From: Octopus vulgaris
Lineage: Eukaryota
Direction: 5' to 3'
DNA length: 64,000 bases
Assembly (NCBI GenBank): GCA_951406725.2
Contig: OX597832.1
Span: forward strand, 52,762,001 to 52,826,000
Both the position numbers and the translations under genes were made by a program. Position 1 is the stretch's first letter; each line of letters begins with the position of its first letter. The notes beneath the pieces were generated by a model, which had not been told where the DNA came from, ran no database searches, and worked only from the letters and a program-made list of their open reading frames with translations. Shown one piece after another: positions 25,042 through 40,000 of this stretch.

Positions 25042-28000
25042 CATACATACATACACAATAGGTTTCTTTCAGTTTCTGTCTACCAAATCCACTCAAAGCT
25101 TTGGTCAGCCTAAGGCTATAGTGGAAGAAACTTGTCCAAGGTGTCATGCAGTGGGACCGAACGCAGAACCATGTGGTTGAGAAGCAAGCTTCTTACCACA
25201 CAGCTATGCCTAGTATTAATTAAAGGAAACAGGATTTAACTATCCATCATCATCATCATCAACATTGATTAATGTCCATTTTCCATACTGGCATGGCTTG
25301 GATGGTTTAACAGGCACTGGCTGGCCAAGGAGCTGTCCAGACTCCAATTGTCTGTTGTGGCATGGTTTCTATGGATGGATGCCCTTCCTAATGCTAACCA
25401 CTTTACAAAGTGTGCTAGATGCTTTTTATGATGTGCCACTACACAGGAGTGTTTATGCAGCATTGGCACGAGTGCATTTTATGTGGAACTGGCACCTGGA
25501 AAGCACAAGCCTGTATGTATGGAAGACTGATTTTATTTAAATTGGCACCCGTGCCGGTGGCACATAAAGAGCATCATCCGATCGTGGCTGTTTGCCAGCC
25601 TCGTCTGGCACCTTTGCCGGTCGCACGTAAAAGCACCCACTACACTCACGGAGTGGTTGGCGTTAGGAAGGGCATCCAGCTGTAGAAACATTGCCAGATT
25701 AGACTGGGCCTGGTGCAGCCTTCTGGCTCCCAGACCCCAGTTAAACCGTCCAACCCATGCAAGCATGGAGAGTGGACGCTAAACGATGATGATGATGATG
25801 GCACATCTCAAGTACAGGAAATCACCACAACTTCCAGGCCCTTGTCATTTCCTCATTGAGGCCCAGCATCCAAAGATCCCTTTTCACCACTTCATTCCAC
25901 GCCTTTCTAGGTCTACCTCTTCCACAAACCTGAAATACTGATCTATAACAATCTCCTCATTGAGGCCCAGCATCCAAAAATCCCTTTTCACCACTTCATT
26001 CCATGCCTTCCTAGGTCTACCTCTTCCACAAACCTGAAATACTGATATATAACAATCTAGACCTTATATATTTTATATTTCAGTTATCCAAGCGTTAGGA
26101 GAACAGCTGAAGATGCGCCAACAAGTGATAGCTTCAGCAACTGTGTATTTCAAGAGATTTTATGCGAGGTAAGGTTTCCACTCTCATACTTTTATGGCAT
26201 AACTTGTTTTCTGTGTTTAGACTTAACCCTTTAGCTTTCAGATTATTCTATCAAATGTAATGCTTATTTATTCACATTGCTTGGAATTTTGGAATTAATC
26301 ATAAACTACCAGATTGTAAACTCTTGAAGCTACAAGATAATTTATTTTTAAAACAACATTGTAGAGTAGCTGTGAGGGGGCCAGTTTGAATATAAAGCAT
26401 GTAAAGTATTTTGGCTGGATATGGCTGGTTTAAATGCTAAAGAGTTAAGTACAGGGTGGGACAAAGAGGATGGACGTTTTTGAATGAAAAATTCACAAAA
26501 TCATTATTTGTAGATGCAAACAAATTTTATTGACATCAATGTGTTTGTATTGAATTAACATTTGTCAAAATGAAGTGTGGAAAACAACATCCATCATGTG
26601 GTGTCCGTTTTCATTGATGCATTTCTGAAGGCATTCTTGGAAGTTGGTCTCCACTCTCTCTATCATTGCTCTGTGCATAGTCCCATGGTTTCACCTGTTG
26701 CCCAATGACCAATTTGTACAGGTAGAAATGCAGGTCTTCATGCAAAATATGCCTTACTGATCAATTAGCGATGCCAGGTTAAGTGGAATGTCTCTGAACA
26801 GAGTGATTTAGACTCCATATCAAAGCTTGTCTGATGCGTAACTGTCATAGGCAAACATGCGATGCTCTATCATCCACAGCGCCATGGCTTTACCTGAAAA
26901 TAAAGAAAAATGCTAAGACACCATGGACCACTGGGGCTGAGTAATAGCCATTTCAAAAACGTTTATCGACCCTGAAAGGATGAAAGGCAAAATCAACCTT
27001 GGCAGAATTTGAACTCAGAACATAAAGACAGATGAAATACTGCTAAGCATTTCACCTGGCGTACTAATGATTCTGCCAGCTTGCCACCTTTGAATGCCTT
27101 TCTTAATTCCAACCACTTTACAGAGTGTACTGAGTGTTTTTTATGTGGCACTACAATTGGGAGGAAAAGCCAGGAATATTGATATTATATTAAAATGAAG
27201 TACCGACGTAATAATATTCATTCCTGATAGTCATAAATGGTAAGCAAGAGGCAGAAGATAAGAGAAATGAATGATTGGAGCATTGCAAGATAATGGTTCT
27301 AGATTGACAATTATATTGTGAAATCAGGAATAAAAATTGTCACTTCATTAAAGTAAAGAATTAAGTTCTGTTTTAAATATTTCATTAAATAGAAGAAAAA
27401 TTTCTGATATATTTGGTGAGTAGCATAGCAAAACAAGGAACATATCTGAATATTTTACTGAATAAAATAAATCAGATTTAATCAGTTTTCCTAAATTACT
27501 CGAATAGACTCCATAGACATTGAGGACAATTTTCAGTTGTGTCTTTTACTATTTTTATTTCCAGGAATTCCCTCCGGTCTATTGATCCATGGTTAATGGC
27601 TCCAACATGTATTTTTTTAGCTTCCAAAGTTGAGGTGAGTGACCTTGTTGATTATTCCATTTATTTCTCATTTGGAATGTGACCTAGAAAAGAAAAATAA
27701 TTTTTGTCAAAGAAAAATAATTTTACAATAAACTTACTAAAATGTCAGACACCATTTGAGAAAGGAAACTTGGCTTTGCTGGTCATTGGTGGAGAAAAGA
27801 GGAGTAGTTGGTTAGTACTACCACAGTGTGCAGACGGTATTTGAGGACATATGCATTTTTAGTCATTATTTTTATTGAACTTCTATTTCAGAAAATAACA
27901 ATGACAGGCCCTATGCTTACTAATGAAATGAAAAGGCATGCTGTGATTGTGGTTTTGAAGGCTAAGCATGGTGATTTAGAAATTTCTTCTTTTCTGAAAG

Positions 28001-31000
28001 TTACAAGATCTTTTGTCTACAAGATTCAGTGTAAGTTAGAGAAAGAAGATGGAAGTGTGTTACCTGTATCAAAATGTAAAAACATTCCAAATGCTCTGAT
28101 TTTATCAGGACACCTCAATTTATTCAGGAAGTTAAGCAAAACATTGAAGATAATCCAGGAAAATAAATGAGGTCAACTGCAAAAATATTTTGTGTGTCAG
28201 AAAAAACAATCAGAAATGTTTTGCACAAAGCTATCAGATACAAATCTTTCATGTCAGAAAAACAAAAGAAAACTGTTTAATCAGATCCAAAAGACTTTTG
28301 AACAAACTTAAAAATTCATCAGAAAATAGTGTGATTTAGATTTTCTCAGAGGAGAAAATCTTTGACCAGGACCAGAAAACTAACAGAAGAAATGACAGAT
28401 GGCTATGTGCAGACCCTTCTGAGATTCCAAGAGTAATGCACACAAAATTTCCTGCAAGTATCATGGTCTGGTGTGTTGTTAGCAATAAAGGACGTAATGC
28501 ATCCTCACTTTTTTCCCACAAGGCCTTAGGGTGAATGCTGCTGCGTATATTGAGGTTCTGGATAAAGTTGTTAAGCCTTGGATCAATAGTGTATGCAATG
28601 GAAGGTCTTATGTCTTTCAAAAAGACTCTGCACCATCACACAAGGCTTAAATGAGAAAAGAATTGATGGCCGATTTACGTGATCACATCACCCCCAACAT
28701 TAGGCCTCTTAACTCTCCAGATCTCAATCCACTGAACTACTATGTATGGAACATTATTGCGGAAAATGTCAATGAACGCCCCCATAGCACCAAAGATTCT
28801 TTGAAAGCCACCATAGTTTGAGTCATGTCTGATATGAACAAGGACCACTTAATCTGAGCTTGTAAGCAATTTCAACCCCACGTAGAGGCAGTTATTGATG
28901 CTTATGGTGGTTTTATTGAATGAAATTATTAAATTGATAATTTAACTTAGTTTATTATTTTTACAAAAATACATTTTTCTTTTCCTGTTATTATATAAGC
29001 GTTTTTTTAAAACCATAAATCTGTCCTCAAATACTGTCCACACCCTGTATACTTGTGGTGGTAGTGATGATGATGGTTATAATTGCATTAATGGCCTTGT
29101 GATGACCTATAGCAAATAATGATTGAACGAATCAGGATGTTGCCATGAGAAATTAGCATGTGACATGGGGGATAGAGATGGGTGGGGGAACAGGGTCATG
29201 TGGATTTGAACAAGTTGGGTTCTATGATGATGGTTATTTTGAAGAAATATCAGACATATAACTACATTAACAGGGTTCTGTCTCCCCTAGTTTTATTCAA
29301 ATACCACATTACTTGTCTATTTTATTTTACAGTGATTAAAGAATAACTCAAATATTTAAAAGCTGATAATTACTGAAGACTTAATTTGGTTATCAAATAG
29401 CAACATATTCATCTAACTTATTCTTGCATAGGAAAATGAACACAAAAATGAATGGGCATATGAATTTTCAGTAATTTAGTTGTATCATTGTGAGGATTTG
29501 GTAGATTTGGTTCAAAAGATGAATACCATACTTTCTAGCGTACAAGTCAAACTTTTCAGACAAAAATTTACAGCCCAAAGACGGCAGGTTGATTTATACG
29601 TCAGGACTACATTATAGGACCAAAAATTCCCTGTGAAATGCGACAGGATTTGGAAAGACAGTGTTGATGTTTGAATGTTTACACTATATACTGCTTCAAT
29701 TAATGTCAGGAAATACGGTACTTGGGTTTCACTGTAATCTTTGACATACAGCATTGTTGCCGTATGACCCATGTCGGTAACAGGTACCTTCGGTTGCTGG
29801 CTTTTGCTTACTGTATACCAATATTTGTATTTGCAACTCTTTCTACTCTGTGCCATCATGATTAGTTGAGACGGTTGTTTCGAGAAAAGAAACGAAATTA
29901 TTTATTGCTATGGTTTAGTCAGTTTGTCTTATAACAAGACTAATAAAGTTTCTGAAATTTCTTTGTTTTCTGAAAGTTACAAGATCTTTTGTCTACAAGA
30001 TTCAGTGTAAGTTAGAGAAAGAAGATGGAAGTGTATTATCTGTAACAAAATGTAAAAACATTCCAAATGCTCTGATTTTATCAGGACACCTCAATTTATT
30101 CAGGAAGTTAAGCAAAACATTGAAGACAACCCAAGAAAATCAATGAGGTCAATTGCAAAAATAGTTTGTGTGTCAGAAAAAGCAATCAGAAATGTTTTGC
30201 GTGAAGACATCAGATACACATCTTACATGATGAGGAGAGGTTAGTTCATGTCAGAAAAACAAAAGAAAACTGTTTAATCAGATCCAAAAGACTTTGGAAC
30301 AAACTTAAAAATTCATCAGAAGATAGTGTGATTTTTAGGTATTATTTAGTGATGAAAGTAAGACTAGTTTTGACTGTTGGTTATGTAGCTGTGATGAAAT
30401 TTAGGTAAATAGTGTCTCTTGATGACAAATAAATAGAAACCTTCCCATATTGAGAGGAACAAATATAGTTTTGGATGTATCATGCAAAAATGGTTGAGTG
30501 CAAAAGAGATGAGAAAACAAGTATTTTAGCTAATTTATCCATGAAAGATGGCCATGTTTGTATGGAGGTGTTGGGATGAGGCAGAGAAAGACCTGAGAAA
30601 TCTTTCATTAAATCCCATAGATGAAATAATGCAAGATAGGAGTTTTCCTAGTGTGATCCCTTCAACTGATACGGGTCCAGAAAAACAAAGGATAATAAAA
30701 CAAAGAAAAGTTGAAATTTAGGAAACTGTTTTGTTTTGATAATTATAAAATATCTTTTGCTAAATTCTGTTTTTTTTTTTTTATCTTCCTCCGATTATTA
30801 GGAATTTGGAGTAATATCAAATAACAAGCTTATGACTACTTGTCAGAACGTCGGTAAGTATAGAGAAACCATTGCAAATTACTTATTCAACAAATACGAG
30901 TTGTTTCAAATATGTTTTGAATATGTTGAGATAACATTTTTAATGAAATACTTCATATGTTTTAATTAATTTTGAAAACATCAAGAATTTTGTGGGATTT

Positions 31001-34000
31001 AGTTAAATAAGTTTTCCTTATTCAGCTGATTCATAGAACATATATGAACATTTAATGTGGTTTTAGAGTCAAGTTTGACTGCTATTTCCAGTGTGGAGGT
31101 ATCTCTTAGATACCCTAAATTATAATATATATGTATATGTAAAAAAATACAAACTGGGACAAGAACGCAAAACATTTAGAAGACGATACAAAAACCATGG
31201 GCGGGACATTCGAAGCCTTCAATCTTCAGTCAAGAACCGGATCATCCTCGCAATTTTGGCTGCGAGGATGATCCGGTTCGAATGTCCTTTCCGTGGTTTT
31301 TGTATCGTCTTCTAAATGTTTTGCGGTCTTGTCCCAGTTTGTATTTTTTTACATATACATATATATATATATAGTGGTGCCCGTACCCTTTTGGTCTTAT
31401 ATCTAAGTATATATATATATATCATCATCATCATCGTTTAACGTCCGCTTTCCATGCTAGCATGGGTCGGACGGTTCAACTGGGGTCTGGGAAGCCCGAA
31501 GGCTGCACCAGGCCAGTCAGATGTCTACTGACTTGGTCACCTAGATAGCGGAAGCTATCAACTACTTCTAGTTTTTCCCCTTGGAAAGTGACTGAAGTTA
31601 TTTTCTGCAGATTTTCGGAGGTTAATGTTCCTGAGCTCCCAGGGGCAACCTGTCTTGAATTCCTCCGTTATTGCCTGGAGGACTATGATAAATAGGAGGG
31701 GACTGAGTACTGAACCCTGGTGGACCCCAACCTCTACTTTTGTAGCAGTTGACTAGTATGCTGCTACACCAGTCATTGGGTATGACTCCTTCGTGTATCA
31801 CCTGGTTGACTATACGGGTGACTAGGTTATAGCCGACACTGCCAGATATTTTGAGCATCTCTACAGTAATTCCTGATGGGCCTGGGGCTTTCCCTGTCTT
31901 CATGCTTCATCCTGAAGTCGCTAACTACTAATCTATGTTGGGGAGTACATTCTTCGCCTGGGAAGGTTTCAATATATATATATATATATATTGTTTAGAA
32001 TTATGATGTTGTGAGATGCTAGTGGTCAACAGTTTTGTAGGAGCTCTAAGGTTGAAATACAGCCTGGGTATTGGTCAGACTTCACATTTTTAATTATTAT
32101 CAAATATTTGAAGAATTTTTTGCCAATTTATTTAATTTTTTGTTTCAGTGAAAACCAAATTCTCTCATGCTTATACCCAAGAATACCCTTATCGTATAAA
32201 TAGTGTTTTAGAGTGTGAGTTTTATTTATTAGAAATGATGGTGAGTAGAATAATTTTATTTTCACATTGTAACACTCTTTTATGAAAAGGCAATCTTTAT
32301 ATCCATCTTAAACATGTGTTTTGTTAGAACACTGAATACCCTGGTATTAAGCCTTAAGGGTTCCTCATGTGGTTACATGGGGCATAAAAGCATAGATATA
32401 TATCATAGACGGGGGGGAGTCTGTTATGGGCACTGGAGCTGCCAGATGATGTGATTTTAGTCTATTGGACTTCCTCACTGGCAGGTGTCTGGACCATGTT
32501 TACCAGCATGGACATCAGACTTCGAAAAACTAGTTAACCATTTAATGGTTTTAGTAAATTTATACAGAAAAAGTAAGCAATATACCATCCAGCATAAATA
32601 AAAGTCAACTTAGTTATGTGTATTTAAGCCATTATTTTCTCTGTAAAAATCTATTCTGACATTAAATGAGTCAACTTCGGGTATGAATTTTTACGTTTTG
32701 TTTGTCTTATTTCAACAAATAAATTTCTAAAAAAAATTCTGGAAACGATCTACTTATGTAATTTGCGCACCCCCTAAAGTTTATTTTTATTTTTGCGAAA
32801 AAGTGCTTAAAAGTGCATGCCAGCCTCATCTTGCAGCCATGACATAGTGTCTTTTCAGTGACTGATGTTGCAAGAGTTTTCTGTTTAGCTGGTTACACAG
32901 TTTAAAATTTGTGTATATGGTTGTGCGGGTTAAGAAGTTTGCTTGCTGACCACGTAGTTTCAGGCTCGGTACCACTGTGTAGCACCACGAGTAAATGTCC
33001 TCTACTGTACCTCTATATACATTCGTGCTGGTGCCATATAAAAAGCGCTTATGCCTGAACCACATGTGGCACTTGTGCTGATGTCACATAAAAGTACCCA
33101 GCACATTCTGTAAGGTGGTTGGCATTAGGAAGGGCATCCATCCATAGAAATCACACTAAAGCAGGCAGAATAGAGCCCAGTTGGCTTTCCAGCTGGCCAG
33201 CTCCTATAAAACCACCCAGCCAGCCCATGCCAGCATGGGAAACATGTTAAATGATGATGATGACATATACACACACACACACACATATATATTGTAAAAA
33301 CCCATGTAATTTGCACACCTGTGTAATTTATGCAGGTGATTTTCAGGATAAAATTTATTAAAGCTTCTTATGTAAAATTCACACCCAAAAGTTTTCAGAA
33401 TTGCCAATTACAGCCAGGGGGAAAATGGTCTTCGTTTTAGTTGTATTTAGCATAATTTCACTTACTTATGATTAGATTTAATAAATTTTCACTAAATAAA
33501 AATAATTTCTGTTTAACAGGTATCACATTGAAAGCTATTAAATTACAAAGTGTTTGTGTTGTTTATCGTAAACTTTATTTTACATTTCTTGCCCACAAGA
33601 GATTATGTTTGATCTTCAGCATACTGCTGTATGTCTTCTCAAATCATGATCACAGGAAAAGTTGTTAAGTATTATCAACATAAACAAAACTGATAAATAT
33701 GAACAGGTGTTGCAAATTAAGTTTAATTACTAATAAACATCAGCTTGGCTGACACTTTGCTCAACCGACAGAGGAAGGTGACCGATCAAACTGATTATGT
33801 AAACAGAATTCTTTTCTGCCTGTTCTTGTCGGACCTTTGATATGGAGTATTGAAATTTTAATCCCTTTCACACTTATAAAATGTCAAGCAAACTTTAAAA
33901 TTTGCCATTACCATTATTGTCAGAAGAACTTATGAATCGTTTACTGCAAAAGAGAAATTAAATATATGTTCCATTGCGATAGGTAGAAGCTCCAAGCAAT

Positions 34001-37000
34001 GTAAAATATGGCCTGGACCATGTTTACCAGCATGAACATCAGGCTTCAAAAACTAGTTAAGCATTTAATGGTTTTAGTAAATTTATACAGAAAAAGTAAG
34101 CATTATACTGTCCAGCATAAATAAAAGTCAACTTAGTTATGTGTATTTAAGCCATTATTTTCTCTGTAGAAATCTATTCTGGCAATTAAATGAGTCAACT
34201 TCTAGTGTGAATTTTTACATTTTATTTCATCAAAAGAATTTCTAAGAAAAATTCTGGCAATGATCTACTTATGTAATTTACGCACCCCCTAAAGTTTATT
34301 TTTATTTTTGCGGGAAAATGCTTAAATTACATGGGTTTTTACGGTATACATGCATACATACATACATACACACACATATACATATAAAACCATATATACA
34401 CACATATATATATTTATGTTTATTTTACCCTAGGATTGCTGTTTGGTTCTTTATCATCCGTATCGACCTCTCATACAATATTGTGCTGACCTTGGACAAG
34501 ATGACAACCTACTACCTGTTGCGTGGTAAGGCTTCACTATTTCTTAGCGTTTAGTTTCTCTTATGATAAACATCTTTTGTATACATTTAGCAGGATTCAG
34601 TGTCAATGTCTGATGAATGTAAAATCCTTTCTTGAGAGATAACATGTAAAAGTAACTAATTTCAGTCAAGAAACATTTTAAACTTTTATCACTTAAACCT
34701 GTAGTTCCCAAACATTTTCAGGCTGCTGCCCACTTGGCATCCAGGCCACATTCCTAGCGCCCCACTCCTCACCACAAATGTAGACCACTTTCTCCAGCAA
34801 ATTCAAAACAACTGTATTTCACAAATATAACTTAAACCTAATTAACTTATTAATATGTATATATTTTTTTACATCTGTTACCCCGTTTTGGCCACCCCAT
34901 TATCATTTCACTTTTCTTCAATGTACCCCTGGATCTTTCCACTGCCCACTTTGGAAACCACTGATTTAAACTGACCATGACTGTCTCAAATATTCTATGC
35001 ATCTTATATTCAAACTGGCCAGATCCAGCCTCTAACATTAAACCCTACAATGCCTGATATATACAAGCTTGGGAAATGGAATGTTAAACTGAGGATATTA
35101 TATCATATCAGACTATGAATAATTAAATCATAACAGTTATTATAGTCCACTCTGAATTGTGTCATTCAAAACATTATATTTCACAAACAATACACAATGC
35201 TTCAAGTATTCCGCAAAAACCTGTCTGGCCATGGGGGAAATATTACCTGGCTTGGAAATAAGTGAAGGTTGGCAACAAGTAGGACATATGTCTGTAAAAA
35301 TCTGCCTTAGCAAATTCTGTCCAACCTATGTGAGCATAGAAATGTGGACATTAAAACAAAATGATGATATGGAATCTTGAAGCTACAAAATAGTGCATGA
35401 TTAATTCCAAACTGAATAAACAAACATTACATTTGCCAGTCATCTCAGTGCTAAGGGATTAAATTACTGGTTTGATTAAGAATTGTTCTCTATTATATAT
35501 TTTAACCCTTTTGTTCAGCTAGTGTTAGGAACATAAATTGTGACTAAGGTTTGGTGGAAGATTTTAATTCAAAACTTATGAAAACAAGACATTTGTACTC
35601 AGAGCCAGAGCCAGTTTCAGCCAGGTTGGTATTGAAAGGGTTAAGAATTGTTTCTCTATTTTAACCCTTTTGTTACCATATTTCTGTTGAGATGCTCTGT
35701 GTTTCTTTCAATTACTTTAAATATAACAAAGAATTTAGTAAAATAACTTAGTTATCATTAAGCTAGTGTTAGGAACATAAATTGTGACTAAGGTTTGGTG
35801 GAATATTTTAATTCAAAACTTATGAAAACAAGATATTTGTACTCAGAGCCAGATCCAGTTTCAGCCGGGTTGGTAATGAAGGGGTTAAAATAAAATTTGT
35901 TTCTAACAATCATATACAAATTTGTGTTTACAATATCAAACATTGAAGGTGTGACAACAATAACTGAAGTGTAAATGGTTGTAGAATGGCTTCATAAAGA
36001 GACAGGTAAGAGAAAGGTCGGGGTGGGGATCACCAGTTATGGCCACAGTCAAATAACTGAAACAAATAAAACAGTAAAAGACCCTAACCACTAAACCATG
36101 TGTCTTCTATCCATAGTATGTTATATTATTTAAATATGGTGATATTGGTGGAGTAAGTAGTTGTTTAAAGTAGGATGTAAAAGTTAAAAGCTGAATAGGT
36201 ATTTTGGTGGGTGGGGTTGTCTTAAAACATTTTTTTTATATTCAATAACAAGTTAGTCATTTTGAGAATGAAAAGGCTACCTTTTTATTAAATATAACAG
36301 TGACTGGTTGTCAGTTTAGAATGCTGGATTACTAAGCATATGCTTGTAATTTCAAAGTTTACTACTAGAATCATTGTGGCTTGACCCTGTTCTAGAAAGC
36401 TTGACTGACATTAAACAGGTTTGCACTGTTTTTTTGTTGTTTTTTTTTTCTCTTATGGTTAAGTAGGTTAGCAAGTCGGAAGGTCATCCAACTGGAAAAG
36501 CAATTACTTTAAAAGAAATTATCAACAAATGGATGGGACAAATAAAATTTGAAAAAAAAAGATTAAATATATAGGCGCAGGAGTGGCTATGTGGTAAGTA
36601 GCTTGCTAACCAACCACATGGTTCCGGGTTCAGTCCCACTGCTTGGCATCTTGGGCAAGTGTCTTTTGCTATAGCCCCGGGCCGACCAATGCCTTGTGAG
36701 TGGATTTGGTAGACGGAAACTGAAAGAAGCCCGTCGTATGTGTGTATGTGTTTGTTTGTCTGTGTTTGTCCCCCTAGCATTGCTTGACAACCGATGCTGG
36801 TGTGTTTACATCGCCGTCACTTAGCGGTTTGGCAAAAAGAGAATGATAGAATAAGTACTGGGCTTACAAAGAATAAGTCTTGGGGTCGATTTGCTCAACT
36901 AAAGGCGGTGCTCCAGCATGGCCACTGTCAAAGGACTGAATCAAGTAAAAGAGTAAAAGAAAGAGAGATAAAAGTTTTTAGCTGAGGCTATTCTCTCCAT

Positions 37001-40000
37001 TTCTATCATAAATAGGATAGTCTGTGTTGCTACCCGAGGACACATATTTAGCCCTTATGTGCTACAGGTGTTCTTTTAATTGATGTTTACTGTATTTTCC
37101 AGCATCACTGGCACTCTTGTTGGTTATGATGACAAGGGTTTCAGGTGATGTCATCAACGGAACAGCCTCCTCGTGGAATTAACATGCAAGTGGCTGAGTA
37201 CTCCACAGACATACATACACAGAATGTGACAAGGTTGGCCCTTTGAAAAACAGGTACAGCTCATTTTTACCAGCTGAGTGGACTGGAGCAACATGAAATA
37301 GTGTCTTTTGCTCAACTATACAATGTGCTGTCAGGTATTGAACTTGCAACCTTGTGATTGTGAGCCAAATACCCTAAGCATTTAGCCATGTGCTTTTCAG
37401 GTAAATGAGTTGAATTTTTCAGACCAAAATTTACAGCCCCCCAAAAAGGTCGGTCAGCTTATACACCAAGATGAATTTGGAGGACCAAACATTCCATGTG
37501 GAATGCAGCAGGATTTGGAAACATAGTGACAATGTTTGAATGTTACTCTACATGTCCACACTATATGTTACTTGAACTTGTACACTGGAAAATACAGTAC
37601 AAATTTTACAAATTTAGCTCTGATTCACTGGTGTAAAGGTAACACACTTAGTGCTAACAAAGGGATGTGATTCGCTGGTGTAAAGGTAACACACTTAGTA
37701 TTAACAAAGGGATGTGGGTTCGTCTCCCACGTGGATAGGAAAGCCTTCTTTTAGGTGCAGGAGTGGCTGTGTGGTAAGTAGCTTGCTTACCAACCACATG
37801 GCACCGGGTTCAGTCCCATTGTGTCTTCTACAATAGCCCCGGGCTGACCAAAGCCTTGTGAGTGGATTTGGTAGACAGAACCTGAAAGAAGCCCGTCATA
37901 TATATGTATATATATATGTATGTGTGTCTGTGTTTGTCCCCCCCCCTCCCGACATCGCTTGACAATCGATGCTGGTATGTTTGCGTCCCTGTAACTTAGC
38001 GTTTCGGCAAAAGAGACTGATAGAATAAGTACTAGGCTTACAAAGAATAAGTCCTGGGGTCGCTTTGCTTGACTAAAGGCGGTGCTCCAGCATGGCCGCA
38101 GTCAAATGACTGAAACAAGTAAAAGAGTAAAATTGGCGCAGCAAAACCTTAGGTGAACCTTATTTAATTATAATTATATTATCTTAGCCAGTGTAAGGTG
38201 GTGAGCTGGCAGAATCGTTAAAATGCTGGACAAAATAATTAGGCGGCATTTTGTCCATCTTTACATTCTGGGTTCAGATTCTGCCGAGATTGACTTTGCC
38301 TTTCATCCTTTCGAGGTTGATCAAATAAGTACTAGTTAAGCACTGGGGTCAATGAAATCAACTAGCCCTCTTCCCCAAATTTCAAGCCTTGTACCTATTG
38401 TGTACCTAGGCGCAGGTGTGGCTGTCTGGTAAGTAGCTTGCTTACCAACCACATGGTTCTGGGTTCAGTCCCACTGCGTGGCATCTTGGGCAAGTGTCTT
38501 CTGCTATAGCCTCGTGAGTGGATTTGGTAGACGGAAACTGAAAGAAGCCTGTCGTATATATGTATATGTGTGTATATGTTTGTGTGTCTGTGTTTGTCCC
38601 CCTAGCATTGCTGGTGTGTTTACATCCCCGTATCTTAGCGGTTCGGCAAAAGAGACCGATAGAATAAGTACTGGGCTTACAAAGGATAAGTCCCAGGGTC
38701 GATTTGCTCGACTAAAGGCGGTGCTCCAGCATGGCCACAGTCAAATGACTGAAACAAGTAAAAAGAGTATTGTAGAAAGAATTATTATAGCAGTATCTAT
38801 CATGTAAATAAATGTTTTGTTCTCACTGAACTTCTGCTGTTTCAACTGTTGTTATTATTATTATTATTTTATTTATTGACTGTTATTATAGGAGAATAGT
38901 AAATGATAGTCTTAGAACTGACGTCTGTCTCATGTACCCACCATATCTTATAGCCCTAGGTAAGTATCCTTTTATTTCTGTTGTTTCTCATTACAGCCAA
39001 TGTCTTCATTTCCATTGTAAGTCTGCTATAAAAGAAATTCCTTGTTGTAACATTCTGTTAGTAATCTTTCTTTATTTCATAAATCTGTTTCTTAACTCTT
39101 TCGTTACCCTATTTCTGTTCAGATGCTCTGTGTTTCTTTCAATTAATCTTAACCCTTTAGTGTTTAAACCGGCCAAATCCGGCCCAATATATTCTACATG
39201 TTTTATATTCAAACTGGCCATATCTAGCCTCTCACTCCTAACCTACAATGTCATTCTGAAAATAAGCAATCACATCATTGAAACCTCAAAGCTATAAGAT
39301 AATGCATGATTAATTCAAAACAATTTGAGTGAAAAGGTATTACATTTAACAGAGTAATCTGAACACTAAAGGGTTAAATATAACAAAGAATTTAGTAAAA
39401 GAACTTAGTTATCATTCAGCTAGTGCTAGGAACATAAAATGTGACTAAGGTTTGGTGGAAGATTTTAATGCAAAACTTATGAAAACAAGACATTTGTATT
39501 ACAGAGCCAGAGCTGGTTTTGGCCGGGTTGGTAACGAAAGGGTTAAAGGATATTTCTCTCATTCCTATCAACAAATATTTGCAAACAAACAAAATTCTAC
39601 TTTTGTATGTTGGGCACGGCTGTGTGTAGTAAGAAGCTTGCTTCCTAACCACATGGTTTCAGGTTCAGTCCCACTGTGTGACACCTTGAGCAAGTGTCTT
39701 CTACTATAACCTTGGTCTGACCAAAGCCTTGTGAGTGGATTTGATGGACAGAAACTGGAAGAAGCTCGTTGTATATATATGTGTGTGTGTATGTACGTTT
39801 GTCACTCACTGCCGCTTGACAATGATAACCAGTGTTGGTTTGTTTACATCCCTGTAACTTAGTGGTTTGGCAAAAGTAACCGATAGACTAACTACCAAGC
39901 TTTAAAAAATGAGTACTGCTTCTGGTTCATTTGACTAAAAATTCTCCAAGGCTGTGCCCCAGCATGGCCACAGTCTAATAACTGAAACATGTAAAAGATA

